Shown here: in pieces, positions 1 through 12,695 of the stretch
How the letters are laid out: each line of letters starts with the position of its first letter
Numbering within the stretch: the stretch's first letter is position 1
The notes under the pieces: model-generated
Told to the model about the DNA's origin: nothing
Databases searched by the model: none
What the model saw: only the letters and a program-made list of their open reading frames with translations
Position numbers and translations under genes: made by a program
Origin: Chiloscyllium plagiosum
Lineage: Eukaryota
Length of the DNA stretch: 64,000 nt
Assembly (NCBI RefSeq): GCF_004010195.1
Contig: NC_057751.1
Span: 14,395,784 to 14,459,783, forward strand
Direction of reading: 5' to 3'

Positions 1-215
1 CACTCCCTCAGTACTGACCCTCTGACAGTGCGACACTCCCTCAGTACTGACCCTCTGACAGTGCGACACTCCCTCAGAACTGACCCTCTGACAGTGCGAC
101 ACTCCCTCAGTACTGACCCTCTGACAGTGCAGCACTCCCTCAGCACTGACCCTCTGACATAGCCGGACTCCCTCAGTACTGACCCTCCACAAAGCACTGT
201 TCCCTGAGCGCTGAC
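1..215. repeat. 33-bp minisatellite (CACTCCCTCAGTACTGACCCTCTGACAGTGCGA)n, about 6 units, runs off the window start
   Basis: Unit restarts at 1, 34, 67, 100, 133; same unit as the array at 38535-39040. Confidence 0.95.
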
Positions 216-654
216 TCTAAAAATGGTAGTGGTAGGAAATGATTTGTGGATTGTTTGCGAGATAGAAAACACAGAGGAGTTAAAGCCTTGTTGTTTTTCA
301 CACAGCAGGAAGAATTATCCGCCTTTGCGATAAGCCACAGGAGAAGCAAACCTCTCAGAATGCACTGACATTCATCATTTAACTGGTACAGTATTTATTG
401 GTAACCTTTCTCACTGCTAATGCTGTCTCCTTATTGCGCAAGCACATGGTCAGCAGCCAGGCTCACATCTTGCAATATCTCAGTTCCATTTCATGTCAAA
501 TGATAATCCCAGAAGATAGGAGAAATGGACAGAGGCCTTGTGATCAAGTTAGCATGCTGGTCCACTCGGAATTAGGTTTGCAAAATCATTAAAAAATGTG
601 AACCAACCTATCTGGAGAGATAGATTTGAAAAGCATTGTATTGAAGCGAGATTG

Positions 655-1075
655 AACAGTGGCTCTGTGGTTAACACTGCAGTCTCACAGCGCCAGAATC
701 TGGGTTCGATTCCATCCTCAGGCGACCGTCTGTGTGGCGTTTGCACATTTTTCCCTGTGTCTGGGTGGGTTTCCTCTCCCAGTCGAAAGATGTGCGGGTT
801 TGGTGGATTGGCCGTGCTAAAATTACCTGAAGTCTTCAGGGATGTGCAGGTAAGGCCAAAGTGAGGGCTGGAGATTAGAGTCTAGATTCGAGTGGTGCTG
901 GAAAAGCACAGCTGGTCAGGCAGCATCCGAGGAGCAGGAAAATTGACGTTTCGGGCAAAAGCCCTTAATCAGAAATCTTTCTCCTGTGAAATGCAGGGTT
1001 CCAGGGATGCGGTGGGTCTGGGTGGACTCAATGGGCTGAATGGCCTGATTTCTCACTGTAGGGGTTCTATGATTC
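655..1075 (+). mobile_element. Degraded HE1-type tRNA-derived SINE, interrupted at about 852-975 by a PLE-derived fragment
   Basis: A-box/B-box-like head (GTGGTTAACACTGC...GGTTCGATTCC), V-domain-like TGTGTGGCGTTTGCACATT, tail ...GAATGGCCTGATTTC. Confidence 0.75.
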
Positions 1076-1811
1076 TCTCCTCTGATTGAACCTTGGTCAT
1101 TCCACCCTTTGAGGTGTCCAGACTGTAAAATGGCGGGGGAGTCGGTGCAGGCGTAATTTCCAAGCAGAACACGAGAAATGTGACTGTACACATTCAGAAA
1201 GGCTGGATCGTTTCCATATCTATGTGGGATAGTCCCCCGAGAAATCCAAACAGGAATTGAAAAGGAGTCTCTTCGCCCCAGAGAATCGTGGAAATATGAA
1301 ACCCCTTCCCACAGGGGAGTTGCTGAAGTGAACCGTCTCGCTGGGGCAATAAACGGGTTCTGGAGGGAGGGTTGGGATGGTGGATTTAACAGGAGGAAAG
1401 ATGGAAGGAGGTAACAAGGTGGGAGTGGGTTGAATGGCCTGTTTCTGTGCACCTGCTTCCGAAGGGCACACACTCTCATATCCTCATGAGGGCAGACACA
1501 TGTTGAGAGGATCAGCAAGTCTACATATGTCAATAGATCAGAGCCATTTGGATCACTGCTTGTGATCAGGGTGCGCAGCATCCCATTTACCAGAATGTCC
1601 CTGGAGATTTAAAGGCTCATATTACAAGCAAAAAGGTCACAATGACCCAGTTTGCATTTCCTTGACTTTGAATAATGAATAAGATTTGGTTCGAGACAAA
1701 CTGACTTCAAAATGGCTTTTGGAAGAAATACTAACGGGTTTGTCTTTTCATTTTCCAATCTGTTCCTGCAGACCCGTCAGCAGATCAATTCGTGCGACTG
1801 CGACTGTGAAC

Positions 1812-1820
1812 ATGCAGAAG
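1812..1820 (+). CDS. DMTN: Dematin coding exon 1 (ATG CAG AAG = MQK); whole exon about 1772-1820 including 5' UTR
   Basis: Polypyrimidine tract + CAG acceptor ending 1771, donor AAG|GTAGGA. Mammalian dematin's first coding exon also ends in ...QK in phase 0. Confidence 0.75.
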
Positions 1821-2676
1821 GTAGGATTAATCTCAGAGATGGCATTGCGTGAAATCGCCGACGCTGACCTTCCAGCAACTGCTGCCTGTGTTTCCAATCA
1901 GTCGTTGTGAGCTGCTTGGACGTCAGAAAGCTTGGGTAACCCAGGCACAAGGAGACCGTGAGGTTCAAAGGAAACCTTCCCATCACTTCCACGTGATGTG
2001 GTCTGGGAAACCTCCAGTAAATACTGACATTCTCCAGGAGATGTCCAAGTAAACAATGACAGGCTCCCCATTCAATTCCAGCAGACTCCCACAAACCCTG
2101 ACACATTCCCTTGAGACCGTCCTTAAATATTGACACACTTATAGGGATATACCCTGAATGGTGATTCACCACTGGGACCTCTGTAAATACTGACGCCCTC
2201 TAATCCCTAATAAACCCCCGAGGAGGGACTCCTTGTCAGTATAGATCCACACCCGGAGGCCTCTTGTAAATAGAGACCCACTCATCAAACTTAAACCTTG
2301 ATAAACTCCCGGGGATTCCTTTTAAATACTGATTCACTCCCAGGAAAAGCCTGTAAGTATTAACAGTCTCAGGCCCCCTGCATTTCACAAATTAACCATC
2401 ACTGAATGACGGTCAGTGTTGGTCATCTGATTGACAATTGGTGACATCTGTCAGCAAGTCTTCAGCCTGCCTCCTGTCTGTAGCTGGCAATTTGTCCCTC
2501 TGTTCGTCTGCTGCTTCAGAGCTGTGTGAGATAACCTGATGTGACCTTTGCCAGAGTATTTGTGCTTACTTTCTCAGACGGGATTCAGACGCACACCAAA
2601 GCGAAGACGGCTCGATAGACGTTCCCTCAACAGTTGCCCCTCACTAACACTCTTCCTGATTTTCTTCAAATCACAG

Positions 2677-2754
2677 CCATCCCAGACATCACCGGGAAGT
2701 GTCAGCTCCAACCGGCCGTTGAGTGCTCCTGGATCACCAGGTTCAACAATATGT
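2677..2754 (+). CDS. DMTN: Dematin coding exon 2 (PSQTSPGSVSSNRPLSAPGSPGSTIC)
   Basis: CACTAAC branch point at 2642, TCACAG acceptor, GTGAGT donor; aligns with human QPLTSPGSVSPSRDSSVPGSPSSIV. Confidence 0.92.
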
Positions 2755-2816
2755 GTGAGTGGTGAACTTTTCCAATCAACGAGACAGTCTCGCCAGCTAT
2801 GGTCTTCACCTTACTG

Positions 2817-2932
2817 TGTACAGATGTTGGGTCAGCACTTTGTTATGTACAGATGTTGGGTCAGTACTTTGTGATGTACAGATGCTGAGTCGGCACTTTG
2901 TTGTGTACAGATGTTGGGTCGGCACTTTGTTG
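2817..2932. repeat. 29-bp tandem repeat (TGTACAGATGTTGGGTCAGCACTTTGTTA), 4 copies
   Basis: Unit restarts at 2817, 2846, 2875, 2904. Confidence 0.9.
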
Positions 2933-3119
2933 CGTTCATGTGAGCTCATAAGACACAGGAACAGAAGTAAGCCATTCAGTGTATCGAGTCTGTTCTCCCA
3001 TTCAGAGACCATGGCTGATCTGAACATCCCCAACTCCACTGACCCGCCTTTTCCCCCATAATCCTTGACTCCCTTCCTGATTCAAAATCCATCTCAGCCT
3101 TGAATATATGTAATGAGGA

Positions 3120-3452
3120 TTAGAATCCCCACAGTGTGGGAACAGGCCCTTCGGCCCAACAAGTCCACACCAACCCTCCCAAGAGTAACCCACCCCGACC
3201 TATTCCCCCAGCCTATGTTCACCCCTGAGTAATGCACCTGGCCTACACATCCCTGGACACTGTGGGAAATTGAGCCTGGCCAATCCACCCTAACCTTGCA
3301 CACCTTTGGACTGTGGGAGGAAACCGGAGCAAACCCACGCAGACACGGGGAGAATGTGCAAACTCCACACAGCCAGTTGCCCGAGGCTGGAATCGAACCT
3401 GGGTCCCTATCCCTGTGAGACAGCAGTGCTGCCCACTGAGCCACCGTGCCGG
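3120..3452 (-). mobile_element. HE1-type SINE, near full length, inserted into an older CR1-type 3' fragment (about 2945-4140)
   Basis: Reverse complement of GGCACGGTGGCTCAGTGG...GGTTCGATTCC...GGGCCGAAGGGCCTGTT. Confidence 0.9.
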
Positions 3453-4237
3453 CGACCCATCCTCAACAGCCCTCTGCATTAAAGACACTCTGCAGATGAA
3501 CTCCCCTCTGAGAGAAGAAATCCCTCCTCATCCCTGTCTCAATGGGCAACCCCTTCTGCTGAAATTGTGCTCCCGGTTCGAATTTCTTTTCCACAACAGG
3601 GGGAAAAAAAAACCTTTCTGCATTTATCTTTTAAGTCCTCGCAGAATCTTACGTGTTTCAATGATGTTGCCTCATTGGTCCAAGTTCCAATGAGTTCAGG
3701 CCCAACCGACTCAACGTCTCCTCATCAGACAGTCCACCCATACCCAGGACCAGTCCAGTGAACCCTCCCCTGGGCTGCCTCTAATGCCAGAATATTCTTC
3801 ACTAGACAACAGGCCCCGAACTGTTCATCCTATTCCAGCGAGGTTGGGCTCGTGCCGAGAATAGTTCAAGCCAAACCTCCTTAACTTTTCTGTTCCATTC
3901 CCTCTGAAGTCAAGGCCAAAATTCCTCCGGCCTTCTTTATTATCTCCTGAACTCTGATGCCAGCTCTCTCTGCAAGTCGTGGACACGAACTCTCAAATCC
4001 CCTTTGTTCTCTCTCCATTTAAATACTATTCAACTCCTTCGTTCTCCCTGCCAAAGTGTCTGACCTCAGAATTCCCACATTGTGTTCCATTTGATGGGTT
4101 TTTGCCCACTTGTCGGTTCGTTGTTTGCCTCCCTGCCTATTTTTATGTCAACTGCATACCTGGCTATCACACATGCACATTCCACATCCTTTTTTACACA
4201 AATGTACACAATCCTCCAGCTGGGGGTCCAGACCACA

Positions 4238-7200
4238 GAAAATAGAACATAGGGCAGTACAGCACAGTCCAGGCCCTTCGGCCCTTGATGTTGCACAACC
4301 TTTCTGCAATCACCTTAAAAGTATGACCCCTCATGACAGCCAATTCCACCCTGAGAAAAAGTCTCTGGCTATCCACTCTATCTGTGCCTCTCATCATCTG
4401 GCACACCTCTATCAAGTCACCTCTCATCCTTCTTCACTCCAATGAGAAAAGCCCAGCTCCCTCAACCTTTCTTCATAAGGCATGCCCTCCAGTCCAGGCA
4501 GCTTCCTGGTAAATCTCCTCTCTAAAGATTCCACATCTTTCCTATAATGAAAGAACTGAACACAATACTCCAAGTGTGGTCTCACACCAGGGCTCGAAAG
4601 AGCTGCGACATAACCTCATGGCTCTTAAACTCAATCCCCCTGCTCATGAAAGCCAACGCACCATACGCCTTCTTAACAACCCTGTCAACTTGAGTGGCCA
4701 CTTTGAGGGATCAATGGACAGGACCGTAAGATCCCTCTGTTCCTCCACACTGCCAAGAATCCTGCCTTTAACCCTGTATGCTGCATTCAAATTCGACCTT
4801 ACAAAGAAAGACTTCACACTTTCCGAGGTTGAACTCCATCTGCCACTTCTCAGCCCAGTACTGCATCCTGTCAACGTCCCGTTGCAACCTACAACAGCCC
4901 TCCACACTATCCACCACTCCAACAATCTTCATATCACCGGCAAACGCACTAACCCACCCTTCCATTTCCTCATCCAAGTCATTTATAAAAATTACAAAGA
5001 GCAGAGGTCTCAGAACAGATCCCTGCGGAACACCACTGGTCACCGAGCTCCAGGCTGAATATTGTCCATCTATTACCACTCTCTGTCTTGTCTGGGCCAG
5101 CCAATTCTGTATCCAGCTAAATTTTCCTGTATCCCATGCCTCCTTCCTTTCTGAATGAGCGAACCTTATCAAACGCCTTGCTAAAATCCATTTACACCAT
5201 ATCCACTGCTCTACCCTCATCAATGTGTTCTGTCACATCCTCAAAGACTTCAACAAGACTTGTGAGGCAATGACCTGCCCCTCACAAAGCCATGTTGACT
5301 ATCTCTAATCAAGCAGTGGTTTTACAATTAATCATAAATCTTGTCTCTCAGAATCCTCTCCAATAATTTGACCACCACAGATGTAAGAGTGACTGGTCTG
5401 TAATTCCCAGGGTTATCCCTATTCCCTTTCTTGAACAGGGGAATAACATTTGCCACCCTCCAATCATCTGGCACTACTCCAGTGGACACTGAGGATGTAA
5501 AGATCATTGCCAAAGGTGCAGCAATCTCTTTCCTCACTTCCTGTAGTAACCTTGGGTATATCCCATCTGGCCAAGTGGACTTATCAATCCTTATATTTTT
5601 CAAAATTTCCAGCATGTCCTCCTTCTTAACATCAATCGAGCATATCACTCTGTTTCATGTTGTCCTCACAAACGACAAGGTCCCTGTCACTAGTGAATAC
5701 TGAAGCAAAATGTTTATGAAGAACCTCCCCTACTTCCTCTGACTACTGGTACAAGTTCCCTGCACTATCCCTGATCGGCCCTACCCCATCTCTGGCCATC
5801 CTCTTGCTCCTCACGTAAGTGCAGAATGCCTTATGGTTTTCCATAATCCTACCCACGAAAGCTATATCATGCCCCTTCTAGCTCTCCTGAGTCCATTCTT
5901 CAGTTTCTACCTTATAACCCTCTAGAGCCCTGTCTGATCCTTGCCTCTTCAACCTTAAGTAAGCTTCCTTCTTCCTCTTGACTAGATGTTCTCCATCCCT
6001 TGTCACCCAAGGTTCCTTCACCCTGCCATCCCTTCCTTGCCTCAGTGGGACAAACCTAGCAGCAACTGCTCCCAAAACCACCTCCACATTTCTGTCATGC
6101 ATTTTCCTGAGAACACGTGTTCCCAATTTAGGTGCCCCAGTTCCTGCCTAATAGCATTGTAATCCCTCTCCTCCAATTAAATACTTTCCCATGCCCGTCT
6201 ATTCCTATCCCTCTCCATGACTATAGTAAAGGTCAGGGAGTCATGATCACTATCACCGAAATGCTCTCGCATCGAGAGATCTGACACCTGGCCTGGTTCG
6301 TTGCCGAGCACCAAATATGGCCTCCCCTCTAGTCGGCCTATCTACATATTGAGTCAGGAACCCTTCCTGGACACACCTGACAAAAACTGCTCCATCCGAA
6401 CTATTTGAGCTAAGGAGGTTCCAATCAATATTAGGGAGGTGAAAGTCACCCATGATAACAATCCTGGTCTGGTTCATTGCCAATCACCAAATCCAATATG
6501 GCCCTCCCCTCTTATCCACCAATCGACATAATGAGTCAAGAATCCTTCCTGGACACACTTGACAAAAACTGCTCCATCCAAACTGTTTGAACTAAGTAGG
6601 TTCCAATCAATATTAGGGAAGTTAAAATCACCCATGACAACAACCCTGTTATTTCTGCACCTTTCCAAAATCTGCCTCCCAATCTGCTCCTCAGTGTCTC
6701 TGTTGCTAGTCGGGGGTCTGTAGAAAACTCCCAATAAATTGGCTGCACTTTCCTGTTTCTGACTTCCACCCTCCTTGATGATCTCCCTTTCTGAAGCTGT
6801 GATACTATCCCTGATCAGCAATGCCACATCCCCCGTGATATCCAAGTCTCCGTGATGACCACAACATCATAGTTCCAAGTACTGATCCAGGCTCGAAGCT
6901 CATCACCCTTCTTCCTGATATTTCTTGCGTTACAATAGACACATTTTAACCCATCACACTGACTGCAAATAGGGTCATAGAGTCATAGATATGTACAGCA
7001 CGGAAACAGACCCTTCGGTCCAACCTGTCCATGCTGACCAGATATCCCAACCCAATCTCGTCTCACCTGCCAGTACCCGGCCCATATCCCTCCAAACCCT
7101 TCCTATTCACATACCCATCCATATGCCTCTTAAATGTTGCAATTGTACCAGCCTCCACCACATCCTCTGGCAGCTCATTCCATACACGTACCACCCTCTG

Positions 7201-8220
7201 TGTGAAAAGGTTGCCCCTTAGGTCTCTTTTATATCTTTTCCCTCTCACCCTAACAACTCCTGTACTCAATACTCTGACTAATAAAGGAAAGCATACCAAA
7301 TGCCTTCTTCACTATTGTCCCTATCAACTGTCTATCCCTCCTCACGGACTCTGCACAATGTAGCTGGCTGTACACCAGCAATCCCGTCCTCTGGTCCGTA
7401 GCTCCGGTTCCCACCCCCTCCCTGCCAAACTAGTTTAACCCCTCCCGCAGAGCTCCAGCAAACCTCCCACCCAGGATATTGGTACCCCTCCAGTTCAGGT
7501 GCAATTCATCCTTCTTGTATTGTCCCAGAAAGTATCCCAATGATCCACATAGCTGAAGCCCTCCCTCCTACACCAGCCCTGTAGCCACGTATTAAGCTGC
7601 ACTCGCTCTCTGTTCCGAGCCTCTGTTCCGAGCCCGTGGCACCGGTAGCAATTCCGAGATCACCCTTCTGCTCATCCTGTCTTCTCACTTCCAACCTAAC
7701 TCCCGATCTGCCCTTTTCAGGTCATCCCTTTTCCGAGCTGTGTCATTGGTGCCGACGCATACCACAACGTCTGGGTGCTCACCCCTCCCCCTTAAGAATC
7801 CTGTAAACCCGATCCGAGATATCCCTGACTCTGGCAACGTACCATTCGGGAATCTCGTTCACAATCGCAGAATCTCCTGTCTGATCCTCTCACCAATGAA
7901 TCTCTCATCACTATCGCTCTCCTATTCTCCCCCCTTCCCTCCTGAGCGACAAAACCAGACGCAGTGCCAGAGACCTGGCCACTGAGGCTTTCTCCTCGTA
8001 AGTCGCCCCTCCCAACAGTATCCGAAACGGTATCTTTATTATTGAGGGGGACGCCCACAAGGGCTCCCTGCAATGTCTGCCTCTTCCCTTTCCCTCTCCT
8101 GATGCTCACCCAGCTCCCTTCAATCCTGTAACTCGGTGTGATTGCCTCCCTCTCACTCATCTCTGTCACCCTCTCAGACTCCTGAATGGTCTGACGTTCA
8201 TCCAGCTTTTCACTGTGCAC
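4238..8220 (-). mobile_element. Decayed CR1-type (HER1-like) LINE: ORF2 RT and endonuclease remnants plus ORF1 remnants; a younger CR1 3' end is nested at about 6975-7250
   Basis: Minus-strand peptides SGVPQGSVLRPLLFVIFINDLD, PGNYRPVTLTSVV, LGVFYRPP, VVMGDFNFPNIDW, and RAIVMRDSLVRG (esterase-like ORF1); many frameshifts. Confidence 0.92.
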
Positions 8221-8284
8221 GTGACAATAAATTCAATTCAGCTATAGCTCCAGTTCCCCATGGCGGGCTGTGAGGGGCAGCAGT

Positions 8285-9070
8285 TGGGTGCAAGGTCGAA
8301 CAAGTGTCTTATGCAAAGTCAACATCACCTCCCTGCTCTTGTATTCTATGCCCTTATTAATAAAGCCAAGGGCATTGGGTGCTTTATTAAGTGCCACCTT
8401 CACTGATCTGTGCACATATACCACTCCCCCCCCCCCAACCCCCAGCTCCCTCTGCTTCTGCACCCCCTTTCGAATTGGACCCTCTGTTTTATTATTGTCT
8501 TGCAATGCTCTCCTGACCAAAGTGTACCACCTCACACATCTCTGCATTGAATCTCAACTGCCAGCTCTCTCGCCACCTTGGCACTGTCCGTTTGGAGATC
8601 CGCACTGCCTCCCAATTCCTACAAGTTCCGTGTCGACTGCAAACTTGGAAATGGTCTCCTGCACAGCAAGATCCAGCCCATTAACATATAGCAGGAAAAG
8701 CAAAGCTCCTAAGACTGAGCCCTGGGGATCTCCACAAGAAACATTCCCCCAGCTTGAAAAGTATCCATTCACTCTCCGTTTCCTATCCCTCAGACAATAC
8801 ATGCTACTACTGTCCTTCTTATACCCTGACCTATAACTTTCCTCACACACTTGTTGTCAAATTCTGTCTGGAAATCCAAATAAACCACATTGACACCATT
8901 ACTTCCTGAATAAACACCGACAAATTAGTTTGACACCTCAATTCACGCACATTCTCCCTCAGCAATCCACCTTTCTCCACGTGATGACTGATTTAACCCT
9001 GAGTAACTGTTTCTGGATTGTTTTCCATCACCAAAGTTAAACTAACTGGTCTGTTGTCATTATCCTTAAC
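8285..9070 (-). mobile_element. Older CR1-type LINE RT fragment
   Basis: CGDPQGSVLGALLFLLYVNGLD...ISKFAVDTEL; GIEYKSREVMLTLHKTLVRP. Confidence 0.85.
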
Positions 9071-9521
9071 AATCATTTCTGAGCAAAGGCCTCATATTCT
9101 CCCCGGCGGCAGAGACATCATTCTTTTTGACAAATGGAGTTTTACGATTACTGAGGACAGCATTGGGGCATTTCGGTTTGCAGAGAAATTGTTCGAAGGT
9201 CCGGTGGTCCACAGCGTGTTGCCATTGACTGCAGCGCAGACTGTGGCCATCCGCTCACTCATCACTCTTTGTGTGAAAAACGTGCCTCACACATCTCTTG
9301 TAAACTTTCCTCCCTGCGCCTTTAGCCTGTGTCCCCCCGTAACTGACCCCTCCACCCTGGGAGAGATACCTCCCACTTTCCACTCTATCCATGCCATTCG
9401 CAATCTTATAAACATCCATCAGTTCACCCCCTCAATCTCGTGCATTCCAGTAAAAACAAATACAGTCAATCTAACTTTTCATCATCGCTAAAATCCCCCA
9501 TGTCAAGTAACATCCCGGTCA

Positions 9522-9812
9522 GGTAGGAGAAAGTGAAGATTGCAGATGCTGGAGTACCTATCCAAAAACCCAACAGATTATCCCAACTTTATGATACTGT
9601 TCCAAATACTAGCAAAAATCCACACATACATGCCTTGGCACAAAAGCTAAAATCAAACCCAGGGTCTTACAGGAGAGAAAAAATGTGGTGCTGGAAAAGC
9701 ACAGCAGGCTGGGCAGCATCCGAGGAGCAGGAGAATCGACGTTTCGATTCCTGAAGAAGGGCTTATGCCCGAAACGTCGATTCTGTTTTTCCAGCACCAC
9801 ATTTTTAAACTC
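9522..9812. mobile_element. Fold-back PLE-derived short element with a 14-bp TSD and a hammerhead motif
   Basis: TSD TAACATCC(C/G)GGTCA at 9508-9521 and 9813-9826; inverted arms GTGGTGCTGGAAAA...GAATCGACGTTTCG / CGAAACGTCGATTC...TTTTCCAGCACCAC. Confidence 0.8.
9749..9780 (+). ncRNA. Minimal type-I hammerhead ribozyme motif (family A), core intact
   Basis: TC-CTGAAGA-A-GGGC TTAT GCCC-GAAAC-GTC-GA: CUGANGA box, 4-bp stem II, GAAA box, loopless palindromic stem III (ACGU), GUC triplet; stem I only 2 bp. Confidence 0.65.
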
Positions 9813-9984
9813 TAACATCCGGGTCAACCTTTTCTGTACCCTCTCCAAAGCAACCACGTCCTTCTGGTAGTGTGGTGACCAGAACTGTATGCAACATTCC
9901 ACGTGTGGCTCAACTAAAGTTCTACAAAGACTCAGGAGATATCCCTGTCAGGAAATGCTGGCACAAATTGTAGGTTAAATACGT

Positions 9985-11530
9985 TGTGGATGAGACCAAA
10001 TCCCTTCAAAATACATGAAGAAGGTAGCCTAGATCCTAACTGCTTCTAATTTTATAAGTAAATGTAAGGTGTTGCTTTCCAGATGCAATTCACTTGTCAA
10101 TCAACTCGATGGTAAGCAAAACACAATTTATTCATAAACTCGAGTTAAAATCCCACAAGAGAAAGAATAAGGAAAATAATTGACTCAGTTGCAACTCTAT
10201 CGGAAATCTTAACAGAATATTAGATTCAGGAACTTTTACTAATTAACCGTTGCAAAATAGTAACATCCCAAAAACAGATCCTTGGCAAAAGGCAACTTTA
10301 AAAAACAGATTGTCTCACATATAACTCCAGCAAAGGGAAGAGCTTTCAACAAAAGCTGAAAGAGGGGAAAAATAGCTTCCGTTTCTTCAAGACCTCGGCA
10401 CCGACTGCCACTGAAAAATGAAGGGACTAAAAATCCTGGTCCTGTGAGGGCTTCGATTGTTCCAAAGAACAAAGAACATTTACAGCCCAGGAACAAGCCC
10501 TTCGGCCCTCCAAGCCTGAGCCCATCCAAATGTACTGTCTAAACCTGTCGGTCAATTCCTAAGCACCTGTATCCCTCTGCTCCCCACCTACACATGCATT
10601 TATCCAGACGCATCTTAAATGAATCTACCGTGCCTGCCTCTACCACCTCTGCTGGCAACACGTTCCAGACGCCCACCACCCTCTGTGTGAAGTACTTACC
10701 ATGTGTATCCCCCTTAAACTTTCCACGTCTCACCTTGAAAGCGTGACCTCTCATTGAATCCTTCACCCGGGAAAAAGCTTGTCTCTATCCACCCTGTCTA
10801 TACCCGTCATGATTTTGTAAACCTCAATCAGGTTCCCCCTCAATCTCCTTTTTTCTAATGAAAAGAAAGCTGACGTACTCAACCTCTCTTCATAGCTAAC
10901 ACCTTCCATACCAGGCAACATCCTCGTGAACCTTCTCTGTACCCTCTCCAAAGCGTCCACATCCTTTTTGTAATGCGGCGACCAGAACTGTACACAGTAT
11001 TCTAAATGTGGCCGAACCAATGTCTTGTACAATTTTAACATGATTATATTCTAAATGCGGCCGAACCAATGTCTTGTACAATTTTAACATGACTTGGCAG
11101 CTCTTATACTCAATACCCCCTCCAATGAAGGCAAGCATACCATATGCCTTCTTGACCACTCTATCCACCTGTGCAGCCACCTTCAGGGTACAATGGACCT
11201 GAACTCCCTGATCTCTCTGCCCATCAACTTTTCCCAAGGCTCTTGCGTTCATTGTATAATTCGCTCTAGAGTTCGTCTTGCCGAAATGCATCACCTCACA
11301 TTTTTCTGGATTGAACACCATCTGCCACTTCCCCGCCCAACTCTCCAAAATATCTATATCCTCCTGTATTCTCTGACAGTCCCTTATGCTTTCTGCTTTA
11401 TAACTTTTAAGAAAAAACAAGGCCTCATGATTTCATTGGCTTTCCAACTAGACAGCTCGCCACCTCAGTCTTAAAAGCTGTCTTTAAAAAAAAGGACAAA
11501 ATAACCTCTTAAAGTCAATGTATCGTCACA
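9985..11530 (-). mobile_element. Solo-LTR-like repeat split by a CR1 insertion (10465-11395)
   Basis: Shares GACCAAATCCCTTCAAAATA...AAGAAGGTAGCCTAGA(T/C)CCTAAC...CCTTGGCAAAAGGCA...GTCACA with 25045-25822, and in reverse with 28150-28630 and 61490-61690. Confidence 0.6.
10465..11395 (-). mobile_element. 5'-truncated CR1-type LINE 3' end
   Basis: KWQMVFNPEKCEVMHFG, LYKTLVRPHLEYCVQFWSP, FTQRVVGVWN; internal ~49-bp duplication near 11000-11090. Confidence 0.92.
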
Positions 11531-11848
11531 AATAGGAGGGAAACGCTGTGAAGTGCTGGTGACACACAGATCCCTTATGCTTTCTGCTTTATAACTTTTA
11601 AGAAAAATGATTTCATTGGCTTTCCAACTAGACAGCTCGCCACCTCAGTCTTAAAAACTGTCTTTAAAAAAAAGGACAAAATAACCTCTTAAAGTCAATG
11701 TATCGTCACAAATAGGAGGGAAACGCTGTGAAGTGCTGGTGACACACAGATTCACTTCAGTCCCAGCTCCCCCTAAGGGGCTTGACACCACTTTGAATAC
11801 AGTGCCCAAATGAAGCAAGCTGCCTTAATTCTCCTCTCTGCCCGACAG

Positions 11849-12004
11849 GCGAAGATGGATAACCAGGTGTTGGCCTATAAAGATCTGGCTGCAATCCCGA
11901 AAGACAAGGCAATACTGGAGATTGAGCGGCCAGACCTGATGATCTACGAACCACATTACAGTTACTTCTGTGCAGAGAGACCGGAGCCAGTGGGGTCTGC
12001 TGAG
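11849..12004 (+). CDS. DMTN: Dematin coding exon 3 (AKMDNQVLAYKDLAAIPKDKAILEIERPDLMIYEPHYSYFCAERPEPVGSAE)
   Basis: Near-identical to human AKMDNQVLGYKDLAAIPKDKAILDIERPDLMIYEPH; CAG acceptor, GAG|GTACAT donor; 156 nt. Confidence 0.97.
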
Positions 12005-12074
12005 GTACATTGTTTTGCTGGCAAGAAGTGGCGAGTTTTCTACAGAGCTCTGAGCTTTGGATGTGGCTGTGTTT

Positions 12075-12695
12075 CAGTCATAGAGTGATAGAGTCAAAGA
12101 GATGTCCAGCCCAGAAACAGACCCTTCAGTCCAACTCGTCCATGCCAACCTAGATATCCTAACCTAATCTGGTCCCATTTTCCAGCACTTGGCCCATATC
12201 CCTCTAAACCCTTCCTATTCATATACCCATCCATATGCCTTTTAAATGTTGCAATTGTACCAGCCTCCACCACTTCCTCTGGCAGCTCATTCCACACACG
12301 CACCACCCTCTATGTGAAAAAGTTGCCCCTTAGGTCTTTTTTATATCTTTCCCCTCTCACCCTAAACCTCTCATTCTGGACTCCCCACCCCAGGGAAAAG
12401 ACTGTCTATTTATCCTACCCATGCCCTTCATGATTTTATAAACCTCTATAAGGTCACCCCTCAGCCTCTGACGCTCCAGGGAAACCAGCCCCAGCCTCTC
12501 CCTATAGCTCAAACCCTCCAACCCTGGCAATATCCTTGTAAATCTTTTCTGCACCCTTTCAAGTTTCACATCTTTCTGATAGGAAGGAGACCAGAATTGC
12601 ATGCAATATTCCAACAGTGGCCTAACCAATGTCCTGTACAGCCGCAACATGACTTCCCGATTCCAATACTCAATGCTCTGACCAATGAAGGAAAG
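12075..12695 (-). mobile_element. CR1-type LINE 3' fragment
   Basis: LYRTLVRPLLEYCMQFWSP...LRGDLIEVYKIM...VRVWNELPEEVVEAGT; GAGTCATA-like tail. Confidence 0.92.

Noticed and set aside
300..400. Possible upstream non-coding dematin exon (CACAGCAG acceptor, weak donors)
   Set aside because: Splice signals alone are insufficient without transcript evidence
4238..8220. Functional reverse transcriptase genes (CR1 here, Gypsy at 59732-60163)
   Set aside because: Multiple stops, frameshifts and deletions; catalytic motifs degraded (FAGDMK, YMNG)
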